64,000 nucleotides of DNA from Gemmatimonadales bacterium (GCA_013812695.1 JACCSZ010000248.1:5556-69555), one strand, 5' to 3'; shown: positions 50,840 through 60,959, counted from the stretch's first letter. Made by a program: numbers and translations. Notes: generated by a model from the sequence alone, not told the origin.

Positions 50840-51451
50840 ATGAGCACACGACTAGGAAGACTCAGCTCGCTAGCGATGTTTGGCTTGGTGCTTCTAGCGG
50901 GAGCGGCCTGTGGACCTCAACCCGGCGGCGGCACTGCCGACAGCGAGGCCATTGTCAAGACCGAGCCGGCGAAGCCCCCGAGCGACCGAGGCGATCAGGT
51001 TGTCACCGGCGGCGATCTGGCTTTCATGAACGACGCGGCCCCGGGCGGCATGGCCGAAGTGGCCCTGGGGCGCCTGGCTCTCAAGCAGGCGGCGAGTCCG
51101 GAGGTGAAACAGTTCGCCGAGCAAGTCATCGCCGACCACTCGAAGGCGGGCGAAGAGTTGAAGCAACTGGCCCAACAGAAGCAGGTCATGCTGCCGCAGG
51201 CGGTGAATCCAACGCACCAAGAGGCCATGGATAAACTGTCGCGGCTGAGCGGCGCGACGTTCGACCGGGCGTACGTCAAAGCGATGGTCGAGAATCACAT
51301 GAAGGACGTAACGGCGTTCGAGTCGGTCGCCAAGGGGGCGGTCGACGCCGACGTCAAGGCCTTCGCGGTAAAAACCTTGCCGACCCTCAGAGTGCACCTG
51401 GAGGAGATCCGCGGGATCGCTGCCGCAATGGGCGGGAAGGCAACGCCCTAA
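50840..51451 (+). CDS. DUF4142-family lipoprotein
   Basis: Lipobox LAGAAC. DLAFMNDAAPGGMAEVALGRLA...FAEQVIADHSKA...FDRAYVKAMVENHMKDV. Confidence 0.75.
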   Translation: MSTRLGRLSSLAMFGLVLLAGAACGPQPGGGTADSEAIVKTEPAKPPSDRGDQVVTGGDLAFMNDAAPGGMAEVALGRLALKQAASPEVKQFAEQVIADHSKAGEELKQLAQQKQVMLPQAVNPTHQEAMDKLSRLSGATFDRAYVKAMVENHMKDVTAFESVAKGAVDADVKAFAVKTLPTLRVHLEEIRGIAAAMGGKATP

Positions 51452-51522
51452 CCGGGCTCGTGCAGTCAGGTCGCGGGAGACCGTGACCGGATGACGGGCG
51501 GAGAACGGGGAAAGAACGCATC

Positions 51523-52059
51523 ATGGTCGAGCAACTGAAGCAACCACGGGCTCTAAGACAAGCCGGAAGCGTGCAGGAAGTGATCGCCGGTTATAACGGC
51601 GGGGATGAGATGCCGCTCGTCCCCTACGCAGGAATCATGGGGGTCTACACCGCGGCCTTCGCGGGCTTGCTGCTGGCCGCACGCTCCCCCGGCCGCCGCT
51701 TGCCCGAGCGCATCCCTACCACCGATCTGGCGTGGCTCGGCGTCGCCACCTACAAGCTGAGCCGCCTCATCAGCAGCGACCGGGTGACGAGCCCGCTCCG
51801 CGCCCCGTTCACCGAATACATCGAACCGGCGGGCGCGAGCGAGGTCAAGGAGCAAGTGCGGGGCACCGGGATTCGGCGCGCCATCGGCGATCTGCTGACG
51901 TGTCCGTACTGCCTCGGCCCGTGGGTGGCGACCGCGCTGGGCTTCGGGTTGGTGCTCACGCCGCGCACCACCCGCTTGATCGGCGGCATCTTGGCCGCTG
52001 CCGCCGTTTCCGACGCCCTGAATCACGCGACCATGGCCATCAAGAAGCGCGAAGGATGA
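51523..52059 (+). CDS. DUF1360-family membrane protein
   Basis: YKLSRLISSDRVTSPLRAPF...LLTCPYCLGPWVATAL. Confidence 0.7.
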   Translation: MVEQLKQPRALRQAGSVQEVIAGYNGGDEMPLVPYAGIMGVYTAAFAGLLLAARSPGRRLPERIPTTDLAWLGVATYKLSRLISSDRVTSPLRAPFTEYIEPAGASEVKEQVRGTGIRRAIGDLLTCPYCLGPWVATALGFGLVLTPRTTRLIGGILAAAAVSDALNHATMAIKKREG

Positions 52060-53051
52060 TCGCCCGCCCATCGGAAGTCGTCGTCATCACCGGTGCGTCG
52101 GCGGGGGTGGGGCGCGCCACCGTGCGCGAGTTCGCCCGGCGCCGCGCGAGCATCGGTCTCATAGCGCGCGGCCCGGATGGACTGGAGGCCGCGCGGCGGG
52201 AGGTGGAGGCGGCGGGGGGTCGCGCGCTCGTGCTGCCGGCGGACGTCGCCGATGCGGCCGCCGTCGAGCAGGCGGCGGCCCGCGTGGAGGACGAACTGGG
52301 CCCCATCGACGTGTGGATCAACAACGCGACCACGTCGGTGTTTTCCCCGATCAAGGAGATGCTGCCCGAAGAGTTCAAGCGGGTGACCGAAGTGACGTAT
52401 CTCGGCGTGGTGTACGGCACCCAGGCCGCGCTCAAGCGCATGTTGCCGCGGGACCGGGGGACCATCCTGCAAGTCGGCTCCGCGCTGGCGTACCGCGCCA
52501 TCCCGCTGCAGTCCGCGTACTGCGCGGCGAAGCACGCGATTCAGGGTTTTACCGAGTCGCTCCGATGCGAGTTGATCAACGACCGGTCCCGCGTGCACGT
52601 CACCAGTGTCAATCTGCCGGCGGTGAACACCCCGCAGTTCGGCTGGAACAAGAGCCGCCTGCCGAATCATCCACAGCCGGTGCCGCCGATCTACCAGCCC
52701 GAAGTGGCCGCGGAGGCGATCTACTTCGCGGCGCACGCCCGGCGCCGCGAGTTGAACGTCGGCATGCCGACCGTCGTCGCGATCTACGGCAACAGAATCG
52801 CGCCCGGTCTGGGCGACTACTACCTCGGCTGGCAGGGCTACGACTCGCAGCAGACCGACGAACCCATCGATCAGCACCGGCCCACCAACCTGTGGAAGCC
52901 GGTCGCCGGCGATCGCGGGGCGCACGGCATCTTCGACGACCGGGCGTCGGCTACCAGCCCGCAGTTGTGGGCGAACATGAATCGCGGCTGGCTCGCGGTC
53001 GCGGGGATCGCCGGCCTGGCGTGCGCCGCGCTCGTGGGCAGGAAGGGCTGA
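52056..53051 (+). CDS. short-chain dehydrogenase/reductase with C-terminal membrane anchor
   Basis: The ATG at 52056 forms an ATGA overlap with the DUF1360 stop. VVITGASAGVGRA...NNAT...SAYCAAKHA. The C terminus has a hydrophobic tail, WLAVAGIAGLACAALV. Confidence 0.85.
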   Translation: MIARPSEVVVITGASAGVGRATVREFARRRASIGLIARGPDGLEAARREVEAAGGRALVLPADVADAAAVEQAAARVEDELGPIDVWINNATTSVFSPIKEMLPEEFKRVTEVTYLGVVYGTQAALKRMLPRDRGTILQVGSALAYRAIPLQSAYCAAKHAIQGFTESLRCELINDRSRVHVTSVNLPAVNTPQFGWNKSRLPNHPQPVPPIYQPEVAAEAIYFAAHARRRELNVGMPTVVAIYGNRIAPGLGDYYLGWQGYDSQQTDEPIDQHRPTNLWKPVAGDRGAHGIFDDRASATSPQLWANMNRGWLAVAGIAGLACAALVGRKG

Positions 53052-53060
53052 AGGCCAACC

Positions 53061-54494
53061 GTGCCAGACTTTTCATGCCGGCTGTCCGAGATTGCCGCGC
53101 CCCTCGAGCATTTCTGGGAGCACACCGTCGGCAGCGATCACGCGACCGTCGCCCTGCGCGCCGACTGGCAGGCGCAACTGCGGCGCTGTCACGAGGAGCT
53201 GGGCTTTCGGTACGTCCGCTTTCATGGGCTGCTCTCGGACGACGTGGGCACGCTCATCGACCACGACGACGAGCCGCTCTATTCCTTCTTCAACGCCGAT
53301 CGAATCGTCGACTTCCTGCTTTCGATCGGCATGCGGCCGTTCGTCGAGCTGAGCTTCATGCCCGAGGCGTTGGCGTCGGGGTACACGACGGTGTTTCACT
53401 ACAAGGGCAACGTCACCCCGCCCAAGGACTACAAGCAGTGGGCGGCGCTGATGGTGAAGCTGGTGGGGCACTGGGTCGAGCGTTACGGCCGGGAGGAAGT
53501 CAAAGAATGGTTCTTCGAGGTGTGGAACGAGCCCAACCTGCCGGCGTTCTGGAAGGGCTCCCAGGCGGACTACTTCACGCTGTACCGTCACACCGTCGAA
53601 GCGATCAAGAGCGTGGACCCCGCGCTCAAGGTCGGCGGGCCGGCCACGGCGAAGAACGAATGGATCGAGGAGTTTCTGGCGTTCTGCGACAAGAAGAAGC
53701 TGCCGGTCGATTTCGTCAGCACCCACCACTATCCGACGGACGCGCTCGGCAACGAGTCCGACGACACCGAGACCCAACTCGCCACCAGCCGGCGCGGCAT
53801 CCTGCGCGAACAAGCCCAGGACTCCTTTCGGCGGGCCCGGGGCGTCCCCGTCTACTACACGGAATGGAACGCGTCCTCCAACCCGCGCGATCTGCTGCAC
53901 GACGGTCCGTACGCCGCGGCGTTCGTCGCCAAGACGATCATGGACGCACACGGGCTGGTCAAAGGTTACAGCTTCTGGACCTTCACCGACATCTTCGAGG
54001 AGAACTACTTCCCCTCCGTGCCGTTTCACGGCGGCTTCGGCCTGCTCACCCTGCACGGCGTGCCGAAGCCGGCGTACCGCGCCTATGAGCTCCTGCACCG
54101 GCTCGGCACGGAACAACTGGTGGTCGATGGCCTGCACGAGACCGTCAATGCCTGGGCGGTCCGGCAGGACGACTCCGTCACCGTGCTGCTGACCAATCAC
54201 GCGCTGCCCCGCCATTCGATCAAGGTCGAGCCGGTCACCGTGCGACTCCGCGAGGCGCGAGAGCCCCGACAGGTGCATCTCGAGCGCATCGACGAGACCC
54301 ACGCCAACCCCGCACGCGTGTGGCGGGAAATGGGCGCGCCCGAGTACCTGAGCACGCTGCAGCTCGAACAGTTGCAGGCGGTGTCGCGCATGGTCCCCGA
54401 ACCGCTGGCGTGGAAGTACGAGAATGGCGTCGTGCAACTCGAGCTCGACCTGCCGCCGCACGCGGTCGCGGCCATCACCATCACCTTCGCCTAG
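53061..54494 (+). CDS. glycoside hydrolase family 39-like (beta-xylosidase type), no signal peptide
   Basis: WFFEVWNEPNL (acid/base Glu context) and PVYYTEWN (nucleophile Glu context). Confidence 0.75.
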   Translation: MPDFSCRLSEIAAPLEHFWEHTVGSDHATVALRADWQAQLRRCHEELGFRYVRFHGLLSDDVGTLIDHDDEPLYSFFNADRIVDFLLSIGMRPFVELSFMPEALASGYTTVFHYKGNVTPPKDYKQWAALMVKLVGHWVERYGREEVKEWFFEVWNEPNLPAFWKGSQADYFTLYRHTVEAIKSVDPALKVGGPATAKNEWIEEFLAFCDKKKLPVDFVSTHHYPTDALGNESDDTETQLATSRRGILREQAQDSFRRARGVPVYYTEWNASSNPRDLLHDGPYAAAFVAKTIMDAHGLVKGYSFWTFTDIFEENYFPSVPFHGGFGLLTLHGVPKPAYRAYELLHRLGTEQLVVDGLHETVNAWAVRQDDSVTVLLTNHALPRHSIKVEPVTVRLREAREPRQVHLERIDETHANPARVWREMGAPEYLSTLQLEQLQAVSRMVPEPLAWKYENGVVQLELDLPPHAVAAITITFA

Positions 54495-54521
54495 CGGCAG
54501 GGAATCCGAAGGGAGCACCAG

Positions 54522-55850
54522 GTGACAGCGAGAGCGCCGGCGAAGACGACCAAGCAGCAGCAGTCCATGACGGACGCGGAGCTGGCCGATCTCCAGAAGA
54601 GCACCTTCGGGTATTTTCTCAAGGAGACCAACCCCGCGAACGGCATGGTGCCGGACAGCACGAAGGAGCACGCGGCAGCCAGTATCGCCGCCATCGGGTT
54701 CGCGCTGACGGCCTATCCCGTGGCCGTAGAGCGCGAGTATCTGACGCGTGGCGAGGCCATCGGGCGGGTGCTCACGACCCTCCGGTTCTTCTGGAACGGC
54801 CCGCAGGGCACCGGGCCCGACGCGATCGGCTATCAGGGGTTCTACTATCATTTTCTGCTGATGGCGACGGGCCAACGGGCACCGGACGCCGAGCTGTCGA
54901 CCATCGACACGGCCTTCCTGATTGCCGGTGCGCTCACGGCCGCGCAATTCTTCGACCGGGACACGCCGGAGGAGCAGGAGATTCGCACGCTCGCCGATGC
55001 CCTCTACGCGCGCGTGGACTGGCAGTGGGCGCAGAACGGGCGGCTCAAGGTGTCGCACGGGTGGAAGCCGGAGACGGGCTTCATCAAGCATTGGTGGGAT
55101 GGCTACACCGAAGCGCTCATTCTGTATGCGCTCGGACTGGGCTCGCCGACCCATCCTCTGCCCGCGGCCAGCTACGCGGCGTGGGCCGAGAGCTATCGGT
55201 GGACGAAGCTGTATGACATCGAATTCCTGTACGCCGGCCCGCTGTTCGTCCATCAGCTCTCGCACGTCTGGATCGACTTTCGCGGCATCCAGGACGAGTA
55301 CATGCGCGGGAAGGGCATCGACTACTTCGAGAACAGCCGCCGCGCCGCGTACGTGCAGCAGCAGTACGGGATCCGCAATCCGAAAGGCTTCGCCGGCTAC
55401 GGGGAGTACAGTTGGGGCATCACGGCGAGCGACGGCCCCGGGCCCGCCAGGCGGACCGTCCGCGGCCGCCCCAGGACGTTCTACGATTACAAGGCGCGCG
55501 CCATCCCGACGGGGCCGGACGACGGCACGCTCGCGCCGTGGGCGGTGGTGGCCTCGTTGCCGTTCGCCCCGGAGCTGGTACTGCCGACCATCAAGTACTT
55601 CGACGAGAAGTTTCCGGAGATGACGAGCGAGTACGGCTTCAAGTGCAGCTACAACCCCACCTTCTCGAACGGCGCGAGCGGCGCGAGCTGGATTTCACAG
55701 GGCTACTACGGACTCGATCAAGGCCCCATCGTCATGATGATCGAGAATTACCGTTCGGGGCTCACCTGGCGCCTGCTGCGGCAGTGTCCCTACATCCGCA
55801 TGGGCTTGCGGCGCGCGGGCTTTACCGGCGGTTGGCTCACGCGAGAGTAG
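54522..55850 (+). CDS. glucoamylase-like / GH144-like (beta-1,2-glucanase family) protein, no signal peptide
   Basis: FGYFLKETNPANGMVPDS...IAAIGFALTAY...GFYYHFL...STIDTAFLIAGAL. This resembles the putative-glucoamylase (alpha/alpha)6 family that includes GH144. Confidence 0.65.
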   Translation: MTARAPAKTTKQQQSMTDAELADLQKSTFGYFLKETNPANGMVPDSTKEHAAASIAAIGFALTAYPVAVEREYLTRGEAIGRVLTTLRFFWNGPQGTGPDAIGYQGFYYHFLLMATGQRAPDAELSTIDTAFLIAGALTAAQFFDRDTPEEQEIRTLADALYARVDWQWAQNGRLKVSHGWKPETGFIKHWWDGYTEALILYALGLGSPTHPLPAASYAAWAESYRWTKLYDIEFLYAGPLFVHQLSHVWIDFRGIQDEYMRGKGIDYFENSRRAAYVQQQYGIRNPKGFAGYGEYSWGITASDGPGPARRTVRGRPRTFYDYKARAIPTGPDDGTLAPWAVVASLPFAPELVLPTIKYFDEKFPEMTSEYGFKCSYNPTFSNGASGASWISQGYYGLDQGPIVMMIENYRSGLTWRLLRQCPYIRMGLRRAGFTGGWLTRE

Positions 55851-55854
55851 ACTG

Positions 55855-56355
55855 ATGGTAGGGAGGTCCAAGGATCTCGGCGTGCCGCACCCGCCGGAAG
55901 TCGGGCTCGGGAGGGTCATCCTCAGCGGGTTGATCGCCGGGCTCGTCGCCACCGGAGCCAAGACGCTGTGCGAGGTCATCTCGCCCCCGCGTCCTCCCGG
56001 CGTGCTTTCTCCACTGGGCAACGCGCTCGACGCGGTCTCCCTCAGCCTCACAGGGATGCCCGATCGGGCGAAGGCGGTGTCGGAGCCGGCCGTCCATTTA
56101 CTGTTCGGCACGCTGGCCGGCGGTGCCTTTGCCGGGATCGAGCGCCACGTGCCGCAGATTCGTGCCGGCTACGGAGCGCTCTTCGGTGTCTCGTTCTGGC
56201 TCCTGGTTCATGAAGGCGTGCTGCCGTGGCTGGGATTGTCGCCCACACCGGCGCAGATGACCGTCCGGGAGCAGCGGAACGAGCTGGTTTCCCACACGGT
56301 CTTCGGCGTCGTGCTCGAGTCGGTTCGCCGCGCCCTCCTCCGGACACGGGGGTGA
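55855..56355 (+). CDS. small 4-TM membrane protein (DUF1440/YagU-like)
   Basis: The hydrophobic helix pattern (GLIAGLVATGAKT, LLFGTLAGGAFAG, LFGVSFWLLVHEG, VSHTVFGVVLE). Family assignment is tentative. Confidence 0.45.
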   Translation: MVGRSKDLGVPHPPEVGLGRVILSGLIAGLVATGAKTLCEVISPPRPPGVLSPLGNALDAVSLSLTGMPDRAKAVSEPAVHLLFGTLAGGAFAGIERHVPQIRAGYGALFGVSFWLLVHEGVLPWLGLSPTPAQMTVREQRNELVSHTVFGVVLESVRRALLRTRG

Positions 56356-56391
56356 CCCCGTGGTGCCTGCCCCGCCGGCATCGGGACCCTG

Positions 56392-57939
56392 ATGCCGGCT
56401 GAGTCCTACGACGTCATCATCATCGGCACCGGGGCGGGCGGCGGCACGCTGGCCCAGCGCCTGGCGCCGAGCGGCAAGCGCATTCTCATCCTCGAGCGCG
56501 GGGGTTTCCTCCCCCGCGAGAAGCAGAACTGGGATTCCACCGCGGTGTTCCAGGACATGCGCTACCACACCTCCGAACAGTGGTACGACGCCGAGGGCAA
56601 GAGCTTCAGGCCGCACACCGGCTACTTCGTGGGCGGCAACACCAAGGTCTACGGCGGCGCCATGTTCCGGTTGCGTGAACGCGACTTCGAGACCGTCCAG
56701 CACCGCGGCGGCGTCTCGCCGGAATGGCCGGTCAAGTATCGCGATTTCGAGCCCTACTATCGCCAGGCCGAGCTGCTCTACGACGTCCACGGCCAACGCG
56801 GCGTCGATCCCACGGAGCCGCCGATGAGCGCGGATTATCCTTTCCCGCCGTTCGCCCACGAACCCCGCATCCAGGAGCTGCACGATCGATTGCAGGAGCA
56901 CGGCCATGTGCCCTTCCCGGTTCCGCTCGCCCTCAAGCGCGACGATCGCGACCCGCTCCACAGTCCGTGCATCCGCTGCAGCACGTGCGACGGGTTTCCC
57001 TGCCTGATCGACGCGAAAGCGGACGCCGACCTGAACGGCATCCGGCCCGCGCTGCGGCATCCGGACGTCACGCTCGAGCTGAACGCCAAGGTGACCCGGC
57101 TCCGCGCCGACCGGAGCGCGCGCGAAGTCTCCGCCGTCGAGGCGGACGTGAACGGCGTGGCGCATCGCTTCTACGGGGACCTCGTGGTGGTCGCCGCCGG
57201 CGCCATCAACTCCGCCGCGCTGCTACTCCGCAGCGCTTCGGACAAACATCCTCACGGGTTGGCGAACTCCTCGGACCAGGTCGGGCGCAATTACATGCGT
57301 CACCTCAACGGCGCGATGCTCGGGCTGAGCCGGCAGCGCAATCCCGTCGTCTTCCAGAAGACCCTGGCGCTGAACGACTACTACTGGGGCGAGGCGGACT
57401 TTCCCTTCCCGATGGGACATATCCAACTGCTGGGCAAGACCGACCGGGGGCTCCTCGCGGCCGACGCGCCATGGTTTGCGCCGGGGTTCGCGCTCGATCA
57501 GATGGCCCGGCACTCGGTCGATTGGTGGGTCACGGCGGAGGATCTTCCGCACCCGGGCAACCGCGTCATGGTCGGGCGGGACGGGGCCATTCACCTGCAG
57601 CAGCGCGATCGATACTACGAGCACTTCGACCGGCTGGTGGCACGCTGGAAGCGCGAGTTGAAGGCGGTCGATGCCGCCAGCCGGAGGCTTCCCCTCTCGC
57701 TCTACCTGTTCAAGAAGATCCCGGCGATGGGCGTGGCCCATCAGAACGGGACCTGCCGGTTCGGGGACGATCCCCGGACCTCGGTACTGAATGCCTTCTG
57801 CCAGACCCATGACGTGGACAATCTCTACGTCGTCGACGGCAGTTTCTTCTGCTCCAGCGGCGCGGTGAACCCGTCGCTCACCATCGCCGCGAACGCGTTG
57901 CGGGTGGGTGATCATCTCCTGGAACGGCTCGGCCATTAG
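56392..57939 (+). CDS. GMC-family FAD oxidoreductase
   Basis: YDVIIIGTGAGGGTLAQRLA at the N terminus. LYVVDGSFFCSSGAVNPSLTIAANALR at the C terminus. Confidence 0.85.
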   Translation: MPAESYDVIIIGTGAGGGTLAQRLAPSGKRILILERGGFLPREKQNWDSTAVFQDMRYHTSEQWYDAEGKSFRPHTGYFVGGNTKVYGGAMFRLRERDFETVQHRGGVSPEWPVKYRDFEPYYRQAELLYDVHGQRGVDPTEPPMSADYPFPPFAHEPRIQELHDRLQEHGHVPFPVPLALKRDDRDPLHSPCIRCSTCDGFPCLIDAKADADLNGIRPALRHPDVTLELNAKVTRLRADRSAREVSAVEADVNGVAHRFYGDLVVVAAGAINSAALLLRSASDKHPHGLANSSDQVGRNYMRHLNGAMLGLSRQRNPVVFQKTLALNDYYWGEADFPFPMGHIQLLGKTDRGLLAADAPWFAPGFALDQMARHSVDWWVTAEDLPHPGNRVMVGRDGAIHLQQRDRYYEHFDRLVARWKRELKAVDAASRRLPLSLYLFKKIPAMGVAHQNGTCRFGDDPRTSVLNAFCQTHDVDNLYVVDGSFFCSSGAVNPSLTIAANALRVGDHLLERLGH

Positions 57940-57946
57940 CGCGCCG

Positions 57947-59536
57947 GTGCGACGCCTGGCGCTCGGTCTGTGCGTGCTCGCCTCCGCGTTGGCCGCCGCC
58001 TTCGCGGCCCCGACGGTCGAGATCACGGCGATCGAAGTGACGGTCGCGGACCTTCCGCGGGCGCTCGCGTTCTACACCGATGTCCTGCAGTTCCAGGTGG
58101 TGGCGCGGGCGGAGGAGGCGGGACTGGCCACGGCCCGCCTCAGGCTGGGTGAGGAGACGCTGATCCTCCGGGACTTCGCCGCGAACGGCCGGGCGATTCC
58201 CGCCAACCTTTCCGCCAATGACCGCTCGTTTCAGCATATCGCGATCGTCGTCGGTGACATGGCGGCGGCCCATGCCCACCTGCTCCGCCACCGCACGCGC
58301 ATCGTGTCCACCGGGGTTCAGCGGCTGCCGGAGTGGAACTTCGACGCGGCCGGCATTCGCGCGCTCTACTTCCGCGACCCGGATGGTCATTTCCTCGAGC
58401 TGATCCAGTTCCCGGACGATAAAGGCGAGCCACGCTGGCACCGCCGCGGCGGCGCGCTGTTCCGCGGGATCGACCACACGGCGCTAGTAGTGTCGGACCG
58501 GACGCGCAGCGTCCGGTACTATCGCGACGTGCTGGGTCTCAGCCTGGCCGGTGAGAGCTTCAACCATGGCCGCGAGCAGGAGCGCCTGAATCGCGTGGCC
58601 GGGTCGCGCGTTCGCATCACCACCTTCCGGGCGGCGAAAGGGCCCGGCATCGAGCTGCTGCACTACGAGGCGCCGGGCGTGGCTCGTGCGCTCTCCCAGG
58701 TCGTCGCACCCAACGACCTGTCCGCCTGGCGCATCGACCTCCAGACCAGCGGAGCCGCCACCACCCGGGAAACCGCCGATCCGGACGGTCACAGGCTCCT
58801 GGTGGAGCGTCGGCCCGCCGACGCCCCTCGGAGCGAGTATCCGGTGGAAGCGGTGCGCCAGCATTGGCCCCGCTATCTGATGGAAGGAGCGCAGCTCGGC
58901 ATCTTCATGGCGGTGGCGTTGTATCTCGCCCTCGCGCTGGACCATCCGCGGTCGCGGCTGCACCAGGCGATTGCGAGCCCCCTCCTCCGCCGGTTCCTCT
59001 TTGGCCTCGGCATCGGGATCACGGTGATTATCCTGATCTACTCGAGCTGGGGCCGTCAATCCGGTGCGCACTTCAATCCCGCGGTTACGCTGGCCCTGCT
59101 GCATCTGGCTCGGATTCAGCCGTGGGATGCGTTGTTCTACATCCTCGCGCAGTTCGCCGGCGGCTGGCTCGGCGTCGTCCTGGCGGCGGCGCCGTTTCGG
59201 GATGCGAGCGCGCACAAGGCCGTGAACTACGTGGTCACCGCGCCGGGGGCCCGAGGAGTCGGTGCCGCGTTCGCCGCCGAGTTTCTCATTGCATTCATCC
59301 TCATGGCCATGCTGCGGCTGGTCCATCAGCACGACCTGATGAAGCCGTACGTCGGCTACGTCGCCGGCTGCCTCCTCGTCGTCTACATCACGTTCGAGGC
59401 GCCGTTCTCGGGCATGAGCTTGAACCCTGCCCGGAGCGTGGCCTCCGCCATTCCAGCCCGGAACTGGCAGGCGATCTGGATCTACTTCGCCGCGCCGATT
59501 CTGGCGATGCTGTTGGCGGTCGAGGTAGTTCAGTAG
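57947..59536 (+). CDS. fusion protein: N-terminal hydrophobic segment + two VOC (glyoxalase/bleomycin-resistance fold) domains + MIP/aquaporin channel
   Basis: The first in-frame start after the GMC stop is GTG at 57947; the longest ORF starts at 57908. VOC-like segments: ITAIEVTVADLPRALAFYTDVLQF...FRDPDGHFLELIQF and IDHTALVVSDRTRSVRYYRDVLGL...ADPDGHRLLV. The MIP half carries both NPA boxes (SGAHFNPAVTLA, GMSLNPARS). Confidence 0.75.
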   Translation: MRRLALGLCVLASALAAAFAAPTVEITAIEVTVADLPRALAFYTDVLQFQVVARAEEAGLATARLRLGEETLILRDFAANGRAIPANLSANDRSFQHIAIVVGDMAAAHAHLLRHRTRIVSTGVQRLPEWNFDAAGIRALYFRDPDGHFLELIQFPDDKGEPRWHRRGGALFRGIDHTALVVSDRTRSVRYYRDVLGLSLAGESFNHGREQERLNRVAGSRVRITTFRAAKGPGIELLHYEAPGVARALSQVVAPNDLSAWRIDLQTSGAATTRETADPDGHRLLVERRPADAPRSEYPVEAVRQHWPRYLMEGAQLGIFMAVALYLALALDHPRSRLHQAIASPLLRRFLFGLGIGITVIILIYSSWGRQSGAHFNPAVTLALLHLARIQPWDALFYILAQFAGGWLGVVLAAAPFRDASAHKAVNYVVTAPGARGVGAAFAAEFLIAFILMAMLRLVHQHDLMKPYVGYVAGCLLVVYITFEAPFSGMSLNPARSVASAIPARNWQAIWIYFAAPILAMLLAVEVVQ

Positions 59537-59744
59537 GCTGGCGGAGTGGACACGGCCACGGCCCCCGATGCCACAGTCTCCCTGCTCGGTCTCTATCTGT
59601 TGCACCCCACAGTTCCGCAGCACCTGCGACCGGCAGATCCCCACACGCCAACGACAAATCGGCTATCGAACGGCGCCGCCGCCAGCCCTATCGTAGAGGA
59701 TGATACAGCCGGGTGCATGTCTTCTTGCGTCGAGCGGAGCGAGC

Positions 59745-60959
59745 ATGAATCACGTCCTGAAGGACTTCACGGTACAGCAAGTACTGGCCATCCTGTGCCT
59801 CACGCCGGTGGCGACGTCCCTGCTCGCGCAGGAGCGCGGCGCCGCGGGCGCCCGCTCGGAAATGACCGCCCTGGCGGCCACGACGGCCAAAGAATCGGGG
59901 CGACCCGCCTACACGCCCGCCACGGGCGTGAAGTTCAAGGGAAGCGACAACGTCTTCCTGAAGAGCGCGCTGGCCGTCGACTTCACGTATCGCCAAGCGA
60001 CGGTCACCCTGCCGCTCTATCGCGGGAAGGCGCCGCGCGGCGAGGATGTCTACTACATCATCACCGAGGCGTCCGACTTCGAAGTCGCCAAGCAGATGGG
60101 TATCAACTATTCGCCCAAGATGGCGAAGGCGGCCGGCACCCCGGGCGCGCAGGTGGTGACGCTCAGTGGCGGCGTCATGCGCTTCAAGGGCAACGTCGAT
60201 TTTGCCCCCGAGTATCAGGTGACCCCGGGGGAGGCCCCGACCTATTTCCCACCGAAGTCGTTCAAGCCCGGTGCCACGGGCGACGCGGAATGGTCGTCGA
60301 TGGCGGTTCTCCCGAGCGGCCTCGTGTTGAACGTGCAGATGGTGCAGAATGCCAGCGGCGCGCACGACCGGCTCAAGGCGGTCGATCTCAAGAAGCGCAC
60401 GGTGACGATGTCGCTGCTCGACGGTTTTCACGATGGCAAGCAGTACTACTACCACCTCGTCACCGATGTCTCGGCGGACCTGCCGGCCGTGCTCGAGAAA
60501 GGCGTCTTCACCCCGCGCCTGGCCAAGGTCGCCGGGTACGGCAAGTCCATGCCGTCCGACAAGTCGGCGCTGCTGGGCTTCTCGCCGGTGCTGAACGGGA
60601 GCACCGGCATGAACTCGGGCGAGGATCAGGGCTTCTCCACCTCACTCCGCAATGGCGGCATCGACCCGATCAACATCTTCCCGATCCCTCCTGACAACGG
60701 GGACGACTCGCGGGACAACAACTACAGTCCGCTGTGGGACGCCCACGTCAACATGTGGACGCCGGCCGCGGTCACAGCCGGCAAGGTGAAGCGCATCCGC
60801 TCGCTCGATGAACTGAAAGGATTGATCAAGGACGGGCACATCACCAGCGCCATGATCAACCCCCCTGGGCCAGGGAATGCATATGTCGGCGGTCTTCGTT
60901 CGACCCAGGTGATCATCAATTGCCCGGTGGTGGCGCAGCCGGACCTCCCTCCTCGCTGA
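59745..60959 (+). CDS. secreted protein of unrecognised family (paralog 2 of 3)
   Basis: Internal ATG (aa 16 of ORF 59700..60959) followed by a signal peptide. Motifs LPLYRG, GNVDFAP, YSPLWDAH..W and INCP. Confidence 0.6.
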   Translation: MNHVLKDFTVQQVLAILCLTPVATSLLAQERGAAGARSEMTALAATTAKESGRPAYTPATGVKFKGSDNVFLKSALAVDFTYRQATVTLPLYRGKAPRGEDVYYIITEASDFEVAKQMGINYSPKMAKAAGTPGAQVVTLSGGVMRFKGNVDFAPEYQVTPGEAPTYFPPKSFKPGATGDAEWSSMAVLPSGLVLNVQMVQNASGAHDRLKAVDLKKRTVTMSLLDGFHDGKQYYYHLVTDVSADLPAVLEKGVFTPRLAKVAGYGKSMPSDKSALLGFSPVLNGSTGMNSGEDQGFSTSLRNGGIDPINIFPIPPDNGDDSRDNNYSPLWDAHVNMWTPAAVTAGKVKRIRSLDELKGLIKDGHITSAMINPPGPGNAYVGGLRSTQVIINCPVVAQPDLPPR

